DNA of 64,000 nt. Origin: Mizuhopecten yessoensis. Taxonomy: Eukaryota. The number at the start of each line of letters is the position of its first letter. Within the stretch, counting starts at the first letter, position 1. Below the pieces are notes generated by a model. It was not told where the DNA came from and made no database searches. It saw nothing but the letters and a program-made list of their open reading frames with translations. A program made the translations under genes and the position numbers. This document shows, one piece after another, positions 47,200 through 60,300 of this stretch. The stretch is from positions 596,433 through 660,432 of the forward strand of contig NW_018403528.1 of assembly GCF_002113885.1 (NCBI RefSeq). The letters are read 5' to 3'.

Positions 47200-48902
47200 A
47201 AAGTATTGCCAATAAAATTGTACAAGGGACGGGGCACAAGTTATTACAACTTATCACAGCCTTCTCCCGTCATACAGTAACAATTACATGTCAACAATGA
47301 TAATAGGCATAAACATGAAATAGATATACACAACTTTAAAAGAGCATCGTTCAAAAATCTTGCTGGATTTGATGAAGTGATGCACATGTCTAGAAACGTA
47401 AGAGTTAAGGTCCACCGAAAGATCTGAACTGCCAAACAAAATCAGCTCTAAATATAAATCTTTACCTAAAGCATTCAAATTTTGAAACAATACGCCTTTC
47501 ATTGCTAAAAAGTTGACACTCAAAGAAAAAGTGAAAGGTATTCTCACATGGATGTCCACAGATGCAAAATGGACTTTCGACAAGATTAACTATGTAAAGG
47601 TCATACTTAAGGGAACTACAATTGTGCCTCAGTTTAGTATGTATGATATTTAATTTACGTTCTCCAAACCTGAATTAGTTAGGAGGGGATGGTTGTACAA
47701 ATGTATAGAAGGCATCGATCGTACTGATAGATCTATCGAGCTCCAGCTACGAAGAGTGGAAGGTATAAAGGAAAGATTGGTAAGAGAAAGCCCAAATAGA
47801 GGAACTCTATAATCACTGCTATTTCTAAGAGGGTACCTGTTATTTTCTGCAGTAGAAATTGTCAGGAGATCGTTTACATAATCTGGAGTTAAGTTGTTTT
47901 GCATTTTATATAAAAGTTGGAGTTTTCTACGTTTTCTACGATTAGAAAGAGTTTCTAAACCTGTTTCAAAATGTAAATCTTCGATACGGGCATATGAAGG
48001 AAGGCCGGATATAATTCGAGCAGCTTCTCTTTGGGCTTTCTCTTTCTTTTCTGATTCAAATTAAGTACCACCGTCCCATAATTCACAAGTATATTCTAAA
48101 ACTGGTAAAATGAAATGATTTATACATTTTTAAAAGACTATTCCTATTTAGCAAATATTTCAATCTTCGTTAAACGTTAATTTTCTTCATGAACTATACA
48201 TGGCATTAACATGATCCCTCCTCTCACTTAGCGCTTGAATTAAAAACTACTCCCAGATGCTTATGATGGTCTGTAAAATTCCAACAAATTTCAAATCCAA
48301 ATCTTCATCTATGTCAATAGAATTAGAAATAAATATTACCTCAGTTTTGTCTGGATTGAATGTTACCAACCAAGTTTTAGACCATACGTTTAAATACTCA
48401 AGATCCCTATTCAATACTGTTTGGATTTCATGACAAGATGAAGAAGACTGTAATAAAGAAGTATCATCTGCACATCGGCAATATCATTAATGCATATTAA
48501 AAACAAAAGCGGTCCAAGAATTGAACCTTAAGGAACCCCTGCTTCGTTCAAACCTAAATGGGATTAAGAATTATTTAAGAAAAGTTTCTGTTGCCTATTA
48601 AATAAATAATTTTCTAACCAGGTACTCACCAACAATTCCGTAAGATTTTAACTTAACCATCAAACCCTGATACCAAACCCGACCAAAAGCCTTGGAAATA
48701 TCACAAAATACCATACATTCGTATTGTCCTTGAAGAAGGAAAAATATGTATGTTGTGATAAATTTCAATAAAACAATGAGTTTTCTAAGAAAAAAAATAT
48801 GTAGGTGTTTGAAGATAACTCGTTCCAAAACTGTTCCGATAGTAGATAAAAGTGAAATTGGCCTATATATATATAGTTAGAAGGAGAATGACTGTCACCT
48901 TT
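47200..48902 (-). mobile_element. 5'-truncated decayed LINE (CR1/L2-group RT) with 3' UTR
   Basis: Minus strand encodes RPISLL, VFCDISKAFGRVWYQGL, GVP*GSILGPLLFLICIND and ADDTSL RT motifs with frameshifts and stops. Confidence 0.9.
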
Positions 48903-48982
48903 CCCCCCACATTAGTCGCCTCTTACAATACATGCAGTGGGTAACAGCAGATTTGCTTTTCTCGATTCCCGACCTGAAGGGA
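48903..48982 (-). other. Dispersed structured element, copy 3
   Basis: Minus strand ...ctgctgttacccactgcatgtattgtaagaggcgactaatgtggg; abuts the 5' break of the LINE fragment. Confidence 0.6.
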
Positions 48983-49740
48983 TAACTTGGGAGGAATCCA
49001 CAGAAGACTTTTTCATTGACAATACAAAAGTAATGTCTCTTTATAACGCCAGCAATAACCGCAAAGTGAAAATAGCATACACATATTGACCTGAAGTCGG
49101 GGGTAAAATTAGAAGTATATTCGGGGTCATGACTATGATAAGCAATGCTGAAACCTCATATACATGTGAAATTGGCGGTGCGCTACAATGTTCTTACTCC
49201 AATGACACAATTGTTGACTATGGTAATTTTTTATACAAGAAATAATAGCTCGTATTTAATTTACTATCATTATGTTGTATGATAGGTGTAGGTATCTGGA
49301 CTCTGCAGGAGAAGGTCAACATTTATGCATTTCTTTTCTAATGTTCGGTGTTTTTCTGAAAGTATTTTATTGATATTGTACATATAGATATACTATTATC
49401 AATATAGTGGAACAAAATGTGTTTTTAAAGGCAGATAAATCAAGGTTATAAGTTAAAAGTTTGTGTGATCTCAAAGGAAATCGGATAATTCATTTCTCGT
49501 ATAAAGGGACGTAAATCGTACTCTTTCTGAACGAAGAAAAATATATAGAGAAAGAGGGGGAAAAAGACACTAATTCTTAATCCAAAGTCATTATTATGAA
49601 ACATAAAATAAATGCATTTTAGATGTTTAAGTCAGATCCTGGGGTAGAAAAAAATTGTTTCTACGTCTTAAATACTAGAACGCCAACGTTTTGTGTATCT
49701 CACCAAATGATCCCGTCTTCCTTGATTTCACTGCAATTAA

Positions 49741-51501
49741 AGGGGCATCACGTGAAGTAACTTTATTTTTTGTCTTTTTTTCAAATACTACATGAACATA
49801 TCAAGTGAGACTTCTTATGGAAAATAACGATCGGATTTGGCTGAAATAGATTCATAAAAATGATTAAATCTAAGAAAATCATCGGTTGTTCAGGGATTTC
49901 CGGATAGCCGGTTCAGCTGAAATGGAATCGACAGAAATGCTAGCGCTGTTTATGCAATGAATAAATATCTAAAACTATTAAGCTCGCTAGTATCTTTGTC
50001 TGAGTTTGAACACAGATGAACTTAGTTTAATATGTTAATGGGCATGTATTGGAGAGAGTAAGGAAGGGATAAGTGACTGGTTAGTTTGATTTTTCCATGA
50101 GGCCCTCCAAGGGATAACTGTTGTGATGGCCCACGGCGTATTTTCTGGGTCACCAAGATACGTGTTATCGAAGTCCGTGGATTTACATAATTTATAATAT
50201 TACCGGGTTCAATAAAATGGTATGATTTAATTACATTGCTGAATTAAACGATTATTTTTGTTTTTACATGCAAGATTTAAATTAGTACTAATATGAATAC
50301 CCGGCCTCCTCTGCCCCGGCACATATAAAAAAAACCCCAGAAAGGTTTGTCCCTTGGTGTAGGGAAGGTGTTTAGCCACGTACCATCTGTACCGGACACA
50401 TTCTGGTACTATATTCAATATATATTTAAATATATCTACTTTATGTTTATGCCTATTATGATTGTTGACATTTAATTGTAAATGTATGACGGGAGAAGGC
50501 TGTGATAAATTGTAAAAACTTGTGCCCCATCCCTTGTTTAATTTTATTGGCAACACATNCATATGATTGCATTTGACAACGCTGAAATAGCGTGTGTATT
50601 CAGTTAGTGATGGTCGCCATCTTGGATTGTGTAAAGTACAAACCGGAAAGGGGAATGAAATTCCGGATTTGTCGTTTTTAATGAAGAAGAGCTCAAATAA
50701 AAATGCTGTTTTAATCTTTGATCACATTTACTGACAGCAGTATTTAATATAGTTTTAGAGGAAATAAAAACACTGTACATTTTATTAAAACATTTTCTCT
50801 TACAATAATAAGAACTATGATATAAACTTGTTCATGTAAGTGTTTCCCCCTATAGCTTTTAAATATTTCTTCTTTAAATTATTTTAAATGGGGATTAAGT
50901 AAGGGATACATATGTAAAGATAAGAGACAAATGTCACAAATGTCATACATTGTATCTATTATTCAATGTACAAAACTCATCCACCTTTCTATAAATTGTA
51001 TTTTTTTTCAGAATATATTGCTGAAAATTCAGACATAAGAAACACTTATTTATTTCCTTGGTTTTAATGTTCACCAAAAGAAGTTTGGTAAATAAAAGTA
51101 ACTTTTTAAACATTATATTACACCCCCCACCCCCCTTAGGTTTGATAAGGTATTATAAGGTATTATATTAGCGTGTCCGTCGTGAATGTTCGTTGCAAAT
51201 GAAACATATCAGCTTAAAAAAAATCTGGGGAGAACCCTGAAATCATATAACTTGGTTTCATAGTGCGGTAAGAACCGTTAGTTGCCTGACGGCCCCTCTC
51301 TGGGGGCCCCTTTGGAAACCGTTTCATCTCGCTCGCACTGTATCGGCTCTATTTTTAGCAGGGCTTTCCCGAACAATTCAAGTGGTCAAACTGGACATTT
51401 GGAACGGACTATGAATATGGGGATAGCGTGGTAACGTAAGTGGAAGTGCATACAATACATACATTCATTAAAAAAAAAACGCCTTTTCACGTGATGTCCC
51501 T
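49741..51501. mobile_element. Non-autonomous DNA transposon, Kolobok-like
   Basis: TTAA at 49737-49740 and 51502-51505; 16-bp TIRs aggggcatcacgtgaa / ttcacgtgatgtccct (1 mismatch); no ORF. Confidence 0.8.
50430..50558 (+). mobile_element. 3'-UTR fragment of the same LINE family as 47200-48902, nested in the Kolobok-like element
   Basis: Reverse complement aligns with 47205-47330; ends at the N at 50559. Confidence 0.8.
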
Positions 51502-51859
51502 TTAAGGTCTGTCACATCAATGATCAAATTTGCGTAATGCTTTACCTGTTTTGAAATCAATTTTCAGTCTTTTGTTCAGTTGGGTATACTTTTAAAGGCA
51601 CATTTGCAGAATTTTAATTTTCGCGGTATCATTTTCCACGAAAAATTGTCCTGTGTCCTATAGATCTGTCTGAAAACCGCGGAAAATAGATCCTGCGAAA
51701 TTGACCATTGTAGAAAAGCAGCGAAAATCAAGGATTGCCAAAACCCCCCACAAAAGTGGGGTTAAATTTGACCGTTATCTTGTGTGCTGTAAATATCGCA
51801 TGCTGCATAGGATATTTATTTTCGATAAGACAAGTTTGCTAAATATATCGCGAAACAAG

Positions 51860-52060
51860 GGGCCGCGGTGGCAGAGTGGTTAAGGTGTCTGGCCGTCTAT
51901 AATCACTAGCCCTTCACAATTGCGTCGCGGGCTCTAGACTTACGTGGGGCAGTCGTCATGCAGGTACTATCCACAGGTCGGTAGTTTTTCTCCGGGTACT
52001 CCGGTTTTCCTCCACAATCAAATGACCAGAGCTTGTACTAGGACGTAAAACACAGACCGA
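51860..52060 (+). mobile_element. tRNA-derived SINE with Deu/Nin-like core
   Basis: gggccgcggtggcagagtggttaagg A-box head and ttttctccgggtactccggttttcctcca core. Confidence 0.75.
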
Positions 52061-52884
52061 AAACCTAAAATACTTTAAAACAAAGAACAGAACTGTCGCG
52101 AAAATACATATTCCCGACAATTAAGCTATTCGCAGTAAATGCATAATCTTTGCTTTCACTTAAAAGAATAATGTTTGACGTCCACAATCGATGTAATTAA
52201 TTATGTTGAGCTATGCATTTTATTGGTCAATGTAAGTGATATTGTTGATCCTTGTAATATATTTTTTTGATCCATATTTTTTTGATCCATGTAATATATT
52301 TTCTTGATCCATGTAATAGATTTTCTTGATCTATGTAGATTAATTCAAAATGAGAAAACCTGTTTTGTCTTTCATTTTTTTCCACCAAACTCATGAAATA
52401 CAAAAAGAAAACAATGCAGAAATTTCGATTTTTATTGATTACAAAAAATCATCTAAAAAATCTGCTTGGAAAGCTTCGTTGTTGAGGTGGGTAAAATAAA
52501 GATATTGTTCATAAAGATACATCATTATTATAAACATGAACATGGATTTCAGTCGCCATTTCGGGAAGACCTTGGGTACACCAAGAATTGAAATCACATG
52601 ACAGCTCCACCGTTGGATCATGAGAACAGGGTGTGTATTGCACAGTTATCAAAGCGGAAATGTTTGACAAACTTTTGGTTGAGTTAAACATGCATTGTAC
52701 CTTTTACGATTACCATTCCTCACAAAACACGTCGTTTGGTGTAAGGAAGAAACCTGCTACATATGTATACAGCTATTACGCTTGATGTAATGAAAAGATT
52801 TGAGACTTGATAAGATTTGATGATTCGGGAATGAAAATAGATGTAGCATACGAACATTTCTAACATGAAATTTCACACGAGAAA

Positions 52885-52890
52885 TTTATT
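52885..52890 (-). promoter_or_regulatory. Candidate poly(A) signal of the calmodulin-like gene
   Basis: AATAAA on - strand ~205 nt after the stop at 53095. Confidence 0.55.
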
Positions 52891-53094
52891 GAACAAAATC
52901 CCTTAATTGGGACGAATAACAGGCAGAATATTTCGTTAATATAAATATCACGTAACGAAGGTGCTACCCATCTACGGGGATCACATCAGTTTTCAAGGTT
53001 TATTGGGGCGTAATTATAAACTAGAACTGATCATGATATCAGTTCAGGTTTTGTTGTTTGTATTGGTTGATAATTTGTTTTCGTCCGTTGAGCT

Positions 53095-54374
53095 TCAAAT
53101 AGACGCAGTATCGCTTTTCACGCTTCCCTTCGAGTCTGTTCTTTTGAACATTTTTGTCTCAGGTTTTATATTTCCCTTTGAATTTCTTCTTGTTTGGGGT
53201 TTCCCATCACTTTTTATGCTTCCATCAGAGTCTGTTCTTTTGAACATTTTTTTCTCCGGTTTTATGTCCCCCTTTGAATTTCTTCTTGTTTGGGTTTTCC
53301 CATCACTTTTTATGCTTCCATCAGAGCCTGTTCTTTTGAATATTTTTTTCTCAGGTTTTGTGTTCCCGTCATCACTTTTTATGCTTCCTTTTGAATCGCG
53401 TCGTGTGTACGATTTAACGTCCCTTCCCTTTGAGTCGCTTCGTGTGTGCGATTTAGCGTCACTTCCCTTTGAGTCGCTTCGTGTGTGCGATTTAGCGTCG
53501 CTTCCCTTTGAGTCGCTTCGTGTGTGCGATTTAGCGTCACTTCCCTTTGAGTCGCTTCGTGTGTGCGATTTAGCGTCACTTCCCTTTGAGTCGCTTCGTG
53601 TGTGCGATTTCATGTCACTTTTCATGTTTCCCTTGGAGTCTGCTTTTATTTGCAACTTCAGGTCGCCTTTTGATTTTCCAGCAACCGATTTTGTGTTGTG
53701 TTTCGAGTCAACTTTCGGACTGGACTTCCCGTCCGATTTTGTATCACTTCCGGTGTCACTTTTTGCGCTCAACCTACTCTCTTTTTCCTTGGCATTCTTC
53801 CCGTCTGATTTTCCTTGAAGTTTAATGACCGCTTTTATGTCTCCTTGCGCGTCAGATTTTGTCTCACTCTTTGCGTCATCTTGATTTAAACTACTGTCGG
53901 ACTTAGAATCACTTTTTGTACTGTTAGATTTAGAATCACTTTTTATACTGGACCCGGCTTCTGATTTCGAGTCGCTCTTAACGTCCCTTTTCGCACCAGA
54001 TTTACCAGTTTGTTTTGCTTCGCCTTTCACGTTAGACTTGTCGTCCGTTTTGACGTCACCTTTCACGTCACTTTTTGCGGCATGTTTAGCGTCATTTTTC
54101 GAATTTGTTTTACCGTCAGATTTCGTTCCAAATTTGCCTCCAGTTTTATTACTTCCCTTTGTTTTGCTCTTCCCTTCTGATTTGCTATTACTACCCTTCG
54201 TTCCGGATTTTCCTTCGGGCTTTGCTTCACTCTTTTCTTGTGTCTTCTCGTCAGGTTTCTCGTCAACGTTATTGTCCGTTGGCGCGTCGGCATTAGCCTC
54301 CGCCTTCGATTCGTCTTGTTCCTCCCTCCCCTCCTCATCAGCATCATTGCCCCCTTCCATCATCTTTGCGAACT
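53095..54374 (-). CDS. CaM-like gene terminal exon (1280 nt; EFAKMM + ~420-aa K/S/D/G-rich tail)
   Basis: ttttaatccag|AG TTC GCA AAG ATG ATG; uninterrupted frame to TGA. Confidence 0.92.
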
Positions 54375-57300
54375 CTGGATTAAAAACCAAAACAATGCAT
54401 TACATGATCGAGTGCTCAGTTGTGATAAAAAAACAAAAACAAACTTTTCACTTTTTTAAAACTATTTTTTTTTCAGCCGCTCTACCTACTTTAGAATATA
54501 AGGTGTTACACATGGCAATCAAATAGTAAATAACACATTTCTGTCAATCATAAACAGAAGGTTGTGTTTTTGCTATAGTGCTTTGTTACTAATTTCTCGG
54601 GTTATATGTATATAAATGAAATTTTGAAGTTGGGACACCAGTCATGTTAGAGTCTGTAATGAATACGATTTACAATTTCTCTTCAATCTAGACCGACTTG
54701 GAAAAGAAAATATTCAACCGAACAATATTCTAAGTTAAGAGATTAGAAATCATTGTGATATTTTAGCAACGATCGACAGGTGGTGTCACTATTTCAGCCT
54801 GGTGCACTGGGACGAGTTTGAAATCAGCAATGGTAGGTTGTACATATAAAAGCATTTAGAAAGCATATTTTTATGTCAACCGAAGATGCTGTGTTTGTCT
54901 TGCAATGGTTAATTAATAGAACTTTAAAGAAGAAAAAGAAGCTATATTGTTGTTTCATAGATTATAAGAAAGCTTTCGTTTTTATTAACAGACAGGATGT
55001 ATGGTTTAAACTAACTAAGGAAGGAGAAGAAGGAAAATTGTTTGATTCAATACGTTCTTTTAATAACGTATATAATGTTGTGTTTAATTCAACAACTCAA
55101 TGTATACTTTCTTCGAATGCAGGAACGGTTTGTTCCAAGCCGAAATATTATCACCGATTTTATTTTCTCTTTATGTGAATGATTGTGACATGCATGTTTT
55201 AACTGATAAGTGTCCTTCTACAGAACTCCAAACAATTAACTTATTTCTTCTAATGTACAGTACGCAGATCATATAGTTTTGTTAGCTGAATCGGTAGAGG
55301 GATTGCAGGTATTGTTGGACACATTGTTACAATACACTAAAAAATGGAATTTAACTGTTAATGTTGAAAAAAACTAAAGTCATGATTTTTAGAAATGGTG
55401 GTAAGTTGAAGGAGGTAGACGAATGGTTTTATGATGGTAATGTTTAAGAAAATGTTGACAGTTTTAGCTACCAAGGTAGGAAAGCACTATATGCTGTATT
55501 CAATGTTTGTAAAAAGAAATATTTTGATATTGAAACACAATTTAGCGTTTTTGATACTTTTTGTGTGCAGTGTCCTAAACGAAGGAGCTGACGTTCACAA
55601 AGCTCCAGATATTGAAAAAGTGCAGTTGAATTTTTGTAAACGAATTTTGGATGACGAGAAAAACACACCTAATGTTATGATTGATCAAGAGTTAGGGAGA
55701 CTTCCTTTACATATACAATTAGAAAATTCAGATTTTTTAAATATTGGCTTAAACTTAGAATTTCGGATAATTGCATTTTAAAGGCTTGTTACGATGAGAT
55801 GATTGAAAAGGGCAGCGACTGGACAAATAACATAAGAAATGAATTGTATAGGTTAGGTTTGGGACCTTTATGGCTAACAGAAGGTAATGAAGGTCAAATT
55901 CTGAATATTATTAAATGTAGAATGCATTACATTTTTCAACAGGAGTGTCTAGATTTAATTAATTCATCTGCTAAGTGTTCTCTTTATAAATGGATCTGTG
56001 GTATTTTTTGTCTTAAACAGTATTTAATTGAACCTATTGGATTACAAAATATATAAAAAATTGCTAAAAGTTCGGTTGTCATCGCATACGTTGAATATTG
56101 AAACGGGTAGATTTCATGGTTTAGAGAGAAAAGCTAGAATTTGTATATATTGTAACACTGGCGATATTGAAGACGAATATCATTTTATTATTAGATGTAG
56201 TCATTATACTGATTTAAGTAACCGTTTCATTAAAAAATATTATCATGTAAAAACTAAAATATGAAAACATGAAAAGAATAAAGAACTGTCTATGTTCGCA
56301 AAATATCTGAGCCAAAGTCGAAAAATGAGATGCAATACTGTTTAAGGTGAAAGGAATCACTCCCTACACTGTCGCTGTAGTTCTATCATGTAGGCATGGT
56401 CGGAGTGTTGTATACTTTGTTTGTAATAAAGGTAATAAAGAATGAATGAATGAATGAAAAAAAGCTACGCTTTATACACCAATCTCAATAGAACCTTCAG
56501 TTCAGCACTGGGACTGTACTATTGCTTTGCGCATGTCAACATGATTGACGTCATCAAAACTACTAGAAATACTGAACGGGTATCCAGCTGTGTGGAAAAT
56601 TGTCTCAAAATGGGACAGAAAACGATATCAGGATTTATTTTTGTAAACAATATGAATTAATATGTAATCAAATTGGAAATCACGTAAGGTGAAAGACTAA
56701 TGAAACATTGCGCGCTAACAAGAGTGATTAATAAACATTATAATTTGAAAAAAAAACCTTGTTCCATAAATAAAGTTATATTTAGGTACGATGAAAGACT
56801 GGCTTGACATGACGTCATACGTACCTTCATATTGTATGACGTTGTCGTGGTTTTTGTCGAACTGTTCCATTATATCTTCTACGCTTGATATGCCAAGTTT
56901 TTCACCCATAGCGGTTACGACCTCCGCGAGCTCGTCTCGTGTCAGAAATCCGTCCCTGTTTTTGTCAAACTTCCTGAACACTTTTTGAATCTCTGATTCA
57001 TCGTCTGATAACTTCTTTCTCTTTACTGTAATCACCACCATCTCCTCAAACGTCACCTTGCCGTCACCTGTGGACGAAACATCAACGTTACCACGTGTTC
57101 GTAAGGGCGTCACGAAGGACGAACCGTGCAATTTTAAAATGGCAGTTTTAAAAATGACCATTTATAGAATGTTAACTTCATACTATACTGTAAAAATGGA
57201 AATTTCCGCAGTGTGGAAATGTTTGCACTTTTCGCGATGAGTAACTCCGCGCGAAAACATTCACACGCGAATATATATTTATAGGTGACATGACTTATAG

Positions 57301-60300
57301 ACATATAAATGAAGTAAATAGAGATTTCTGAATCATTATCAACGCAAAATGTCCACACCGCAATCTGTTTAGACAGACGTAACACGAACATTTTTTCCAC
57401 ACCTTGTTTTAACTCCTCCTCTGCCCTTACCGTTGACGTCGTGAAGTTTAAGCAGAGCCTCGGCCTCGCCCTCCGCCGGGGACTGGCTGATACATTGTAG
57501 AGCCCTAGCGAAGTCCTCCACTATCAGGTAGCCTCTGTTGGTCTTGTCGAAAAACTTGAATACGTCACGGTACACTGCAATGAAATCATGTTAATCGTAA
57601 CTACAAAAATAAATCACATAAAATAAAATATTCACAATTGCAATCGCTTAAAAGTCACAACATATCCCAAACCCCGTATAACCACCTAACTATGTCGTAT
57701 CCTAGATACTACAGGGGGTTAGACCGTAACCATCCCCGATATCCAGGGGTAACGTTCACTTTCCCTTTGCATGTGCAGAGAGCGAAAGTGAGCGTAACCC
57801 CTGGATATCGAGGATGACCATAGCCGAAAAGACAGATATAAGCGAGGTAACTCTGGCAAAAACACATATGTCTCCACTGAACGCATGAGAGAACTTCACT
57901 GTAGTTTTCAGTCACACAATAATAATAATACTCTCTTTATTTCGATCTGGATATAAATTTAGCGGGTAAGGACACCGAATCCCGGTTTGACCAAATGCAT
58001 TTTAACCAAAAACCCTCTTTCTTTTTGTCTTATAAGGAAAATACTTTTTTTTTTTTTTTTTTTAAATTCCGCAATATGTTGGTTTCTTTAAAAAACATAT
58101 TTTTTTTCTCTCAAATTCATGGTTACAGAGAAACAAATCGGCTCATTAAAATCTCAATAGAATCACACCAGCCAGTCCTAAACACATTCACTACCAAATA
58201 AACGTATTTTACTAAAACGTTTCGGTACACACTGGAAACTAACTAATCCGACATCGAAGAGAAAATACGGGTTTCTGAATGCTTAATCAATACATAAACT
58301 GGAAAAAAATCAATGACGCTTTGTCCTTTTTTTTAAACCCGTGCTTTTTTTTAAATTCCGGGAACCTTTTTTTTGGAGTGTCTTGATTAAAGACATTCTT
58401 CTACATGAATATGTAAGTACACTGTACTTGTTTGTGCTGAAGGTAATAATTCTTTAATATGTATGTGTAAAGGTATTTAACTGTGTAATTGACTGGTAGG
58501 GGTAGGTAGGACATTTTAAGGTAGAGAGTCCAAGTGTTCTGTCCGGTGTATCTTCTACGAAGAAAAGTTCTAATTTGTTCGACTTTTTTTGCTTGAAGTT
58601 GTTGCTTGACGATTTATGAGCCAGTAGACCCCTCCTAACCCAGAGATGACGAATGTGTCACCCTGACAATCTTTTATTACATTTTTTCCTGCAAAATTAT
58701 AATTCGCTAAGTAAGTTTGAGTTGTACTTGATTGCTACCACAATAGCCCCTTAGACCTACCGGACATCTTTTGAATAGTTTTCGGCAGTATTTCGGACAA
58801 AACACAACCCTCTTTACAGTTAGCAGCCCCCTCATTGCCTGTTTCGTTGACTTTGCTGTCGTTTTAGATTGCTTGTAAGCTATTTCGTCCAGTGAATTGT
58901 GTCGGACGCCATCTTTGCTGTTATGAAGAGAGATTCTTGTTTGAGTTGTCTCCCATCGCACGTGCTTCTATAGACCCCGGCAGAGCGGGGTTTATAGAAA
59001 TATAGACCCCGGCAAGATGTCCAATCAGAAAGAGTGTTTAAAATTAGAAGGGTGACACATATATATATTGATATTTAGCCATCTTATGATGTATATGTTT
59101 TATTAAATTGTAAGGAAAGGGTGATTATAATGTTTATGTAACTTGTGCCATATCCTCTTGCTTACAATATGTTTAAACCACCTACTTCATGTTCTTCCTG
59201 GTGGTGTTTTCAACTATAATTTATCTCCATATGAACTGGAGGACTTTAGAATAAAATCCATTGTTATTATTACTAAAATTCCTCAACACAGTGGTATTAT
59301 GTAATTTATCCTTAATTAATTGAATGTTGTATATACTGAGAGATATGTATGTGACTACCATTTTACAGTGTGTGTACCTCACGCTTCAGCAAGATTAATA
59401 CATGAAATACATATATTTCTGTATTCATATTAGTAGGCAAGCATTTCCTGCGTCTTTCCTGTTATACCATTGCACAATTAGGCTGCATGATTATTGCAAC
59501 TTATTACCATTCATAAAATCGTTTGCATTGTATGAATTAATCTTGTGATATGTTTTACTACAACTGAAATCATTGCTTAGTTGCTCTGTTTGTTTAAGTT
59601 AATTATTATATTGTATGTTGTGTATTTCACACCACTGTATGACTTCGTGCAACGGGTTCTACTCAATGTATGATTGTATTGTAAGACTTATGTAACAGTA
59701 ATACTGTCTATAATAATGCTGTATAATTTATTATGTGATGCTTGTAATACTGTTTATTACAATGTTGTATGATTGCTTAGTACGAGAAGTGAATTACTGT
59801 CTATACTATTATATGATAATGTAGTTTGAGGAGTGTAAATATGTCTATTATATCAATGTGTGATTTAATGTGTGATGAGTGTTTTACTGTTATCACCGTA
59901 TAATGACTGTAATAGTACCTTATAGTATCATTGTGTTGTGTTTATAGTACTTTATGGTATGATGCGTGTACTATTAGTATTCTCTTATGTGTGTGTGTGT
60001 GTATGTCGTGTCACTATGTAAGGGTGTGACCATGAGTGTGAATGCATTTTTTTCTCTTTCAATAGTGTTGAATTGTACGTGTATTGTTCGTTATTTCTGT
60101 AACTCTTCATGTTTGGAGGAAATAAAGGAAATAATGATATAAAGCAAAGAGTTAAACAATAATGAAATTCAACGTACAGGTAAGTCTTATTTCATTCTTG
60201 AATTGCAATTCACTTTTCACAAAAAAAACTTTACCGGGGATTCAAACAAGGAGCTTACTCACTACCCTACTGAACATGGTATTTGTTATGTTAGTACTTT

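Noticed and set aside
53095-54390. 431-aa ORF as a standalone single-exon gene
   Set aside because: Its start lies in the intron pyrimidine tract, and the frame begins with the EFxxMM helix that completes EF-hand 4 of the upstream exon.
52961-54526. Plus-strand ORFs of 285 and 162 aa
   Set aside because: Antisense shadows of the low-complexity terminal exon of the CaM-like gene.
59060-60130. AT/TG-skewed low-complexity tract as ncRNA
   Set aside because: No structure or ORF; probably a decayed retroelement 3' region, but not assignable.
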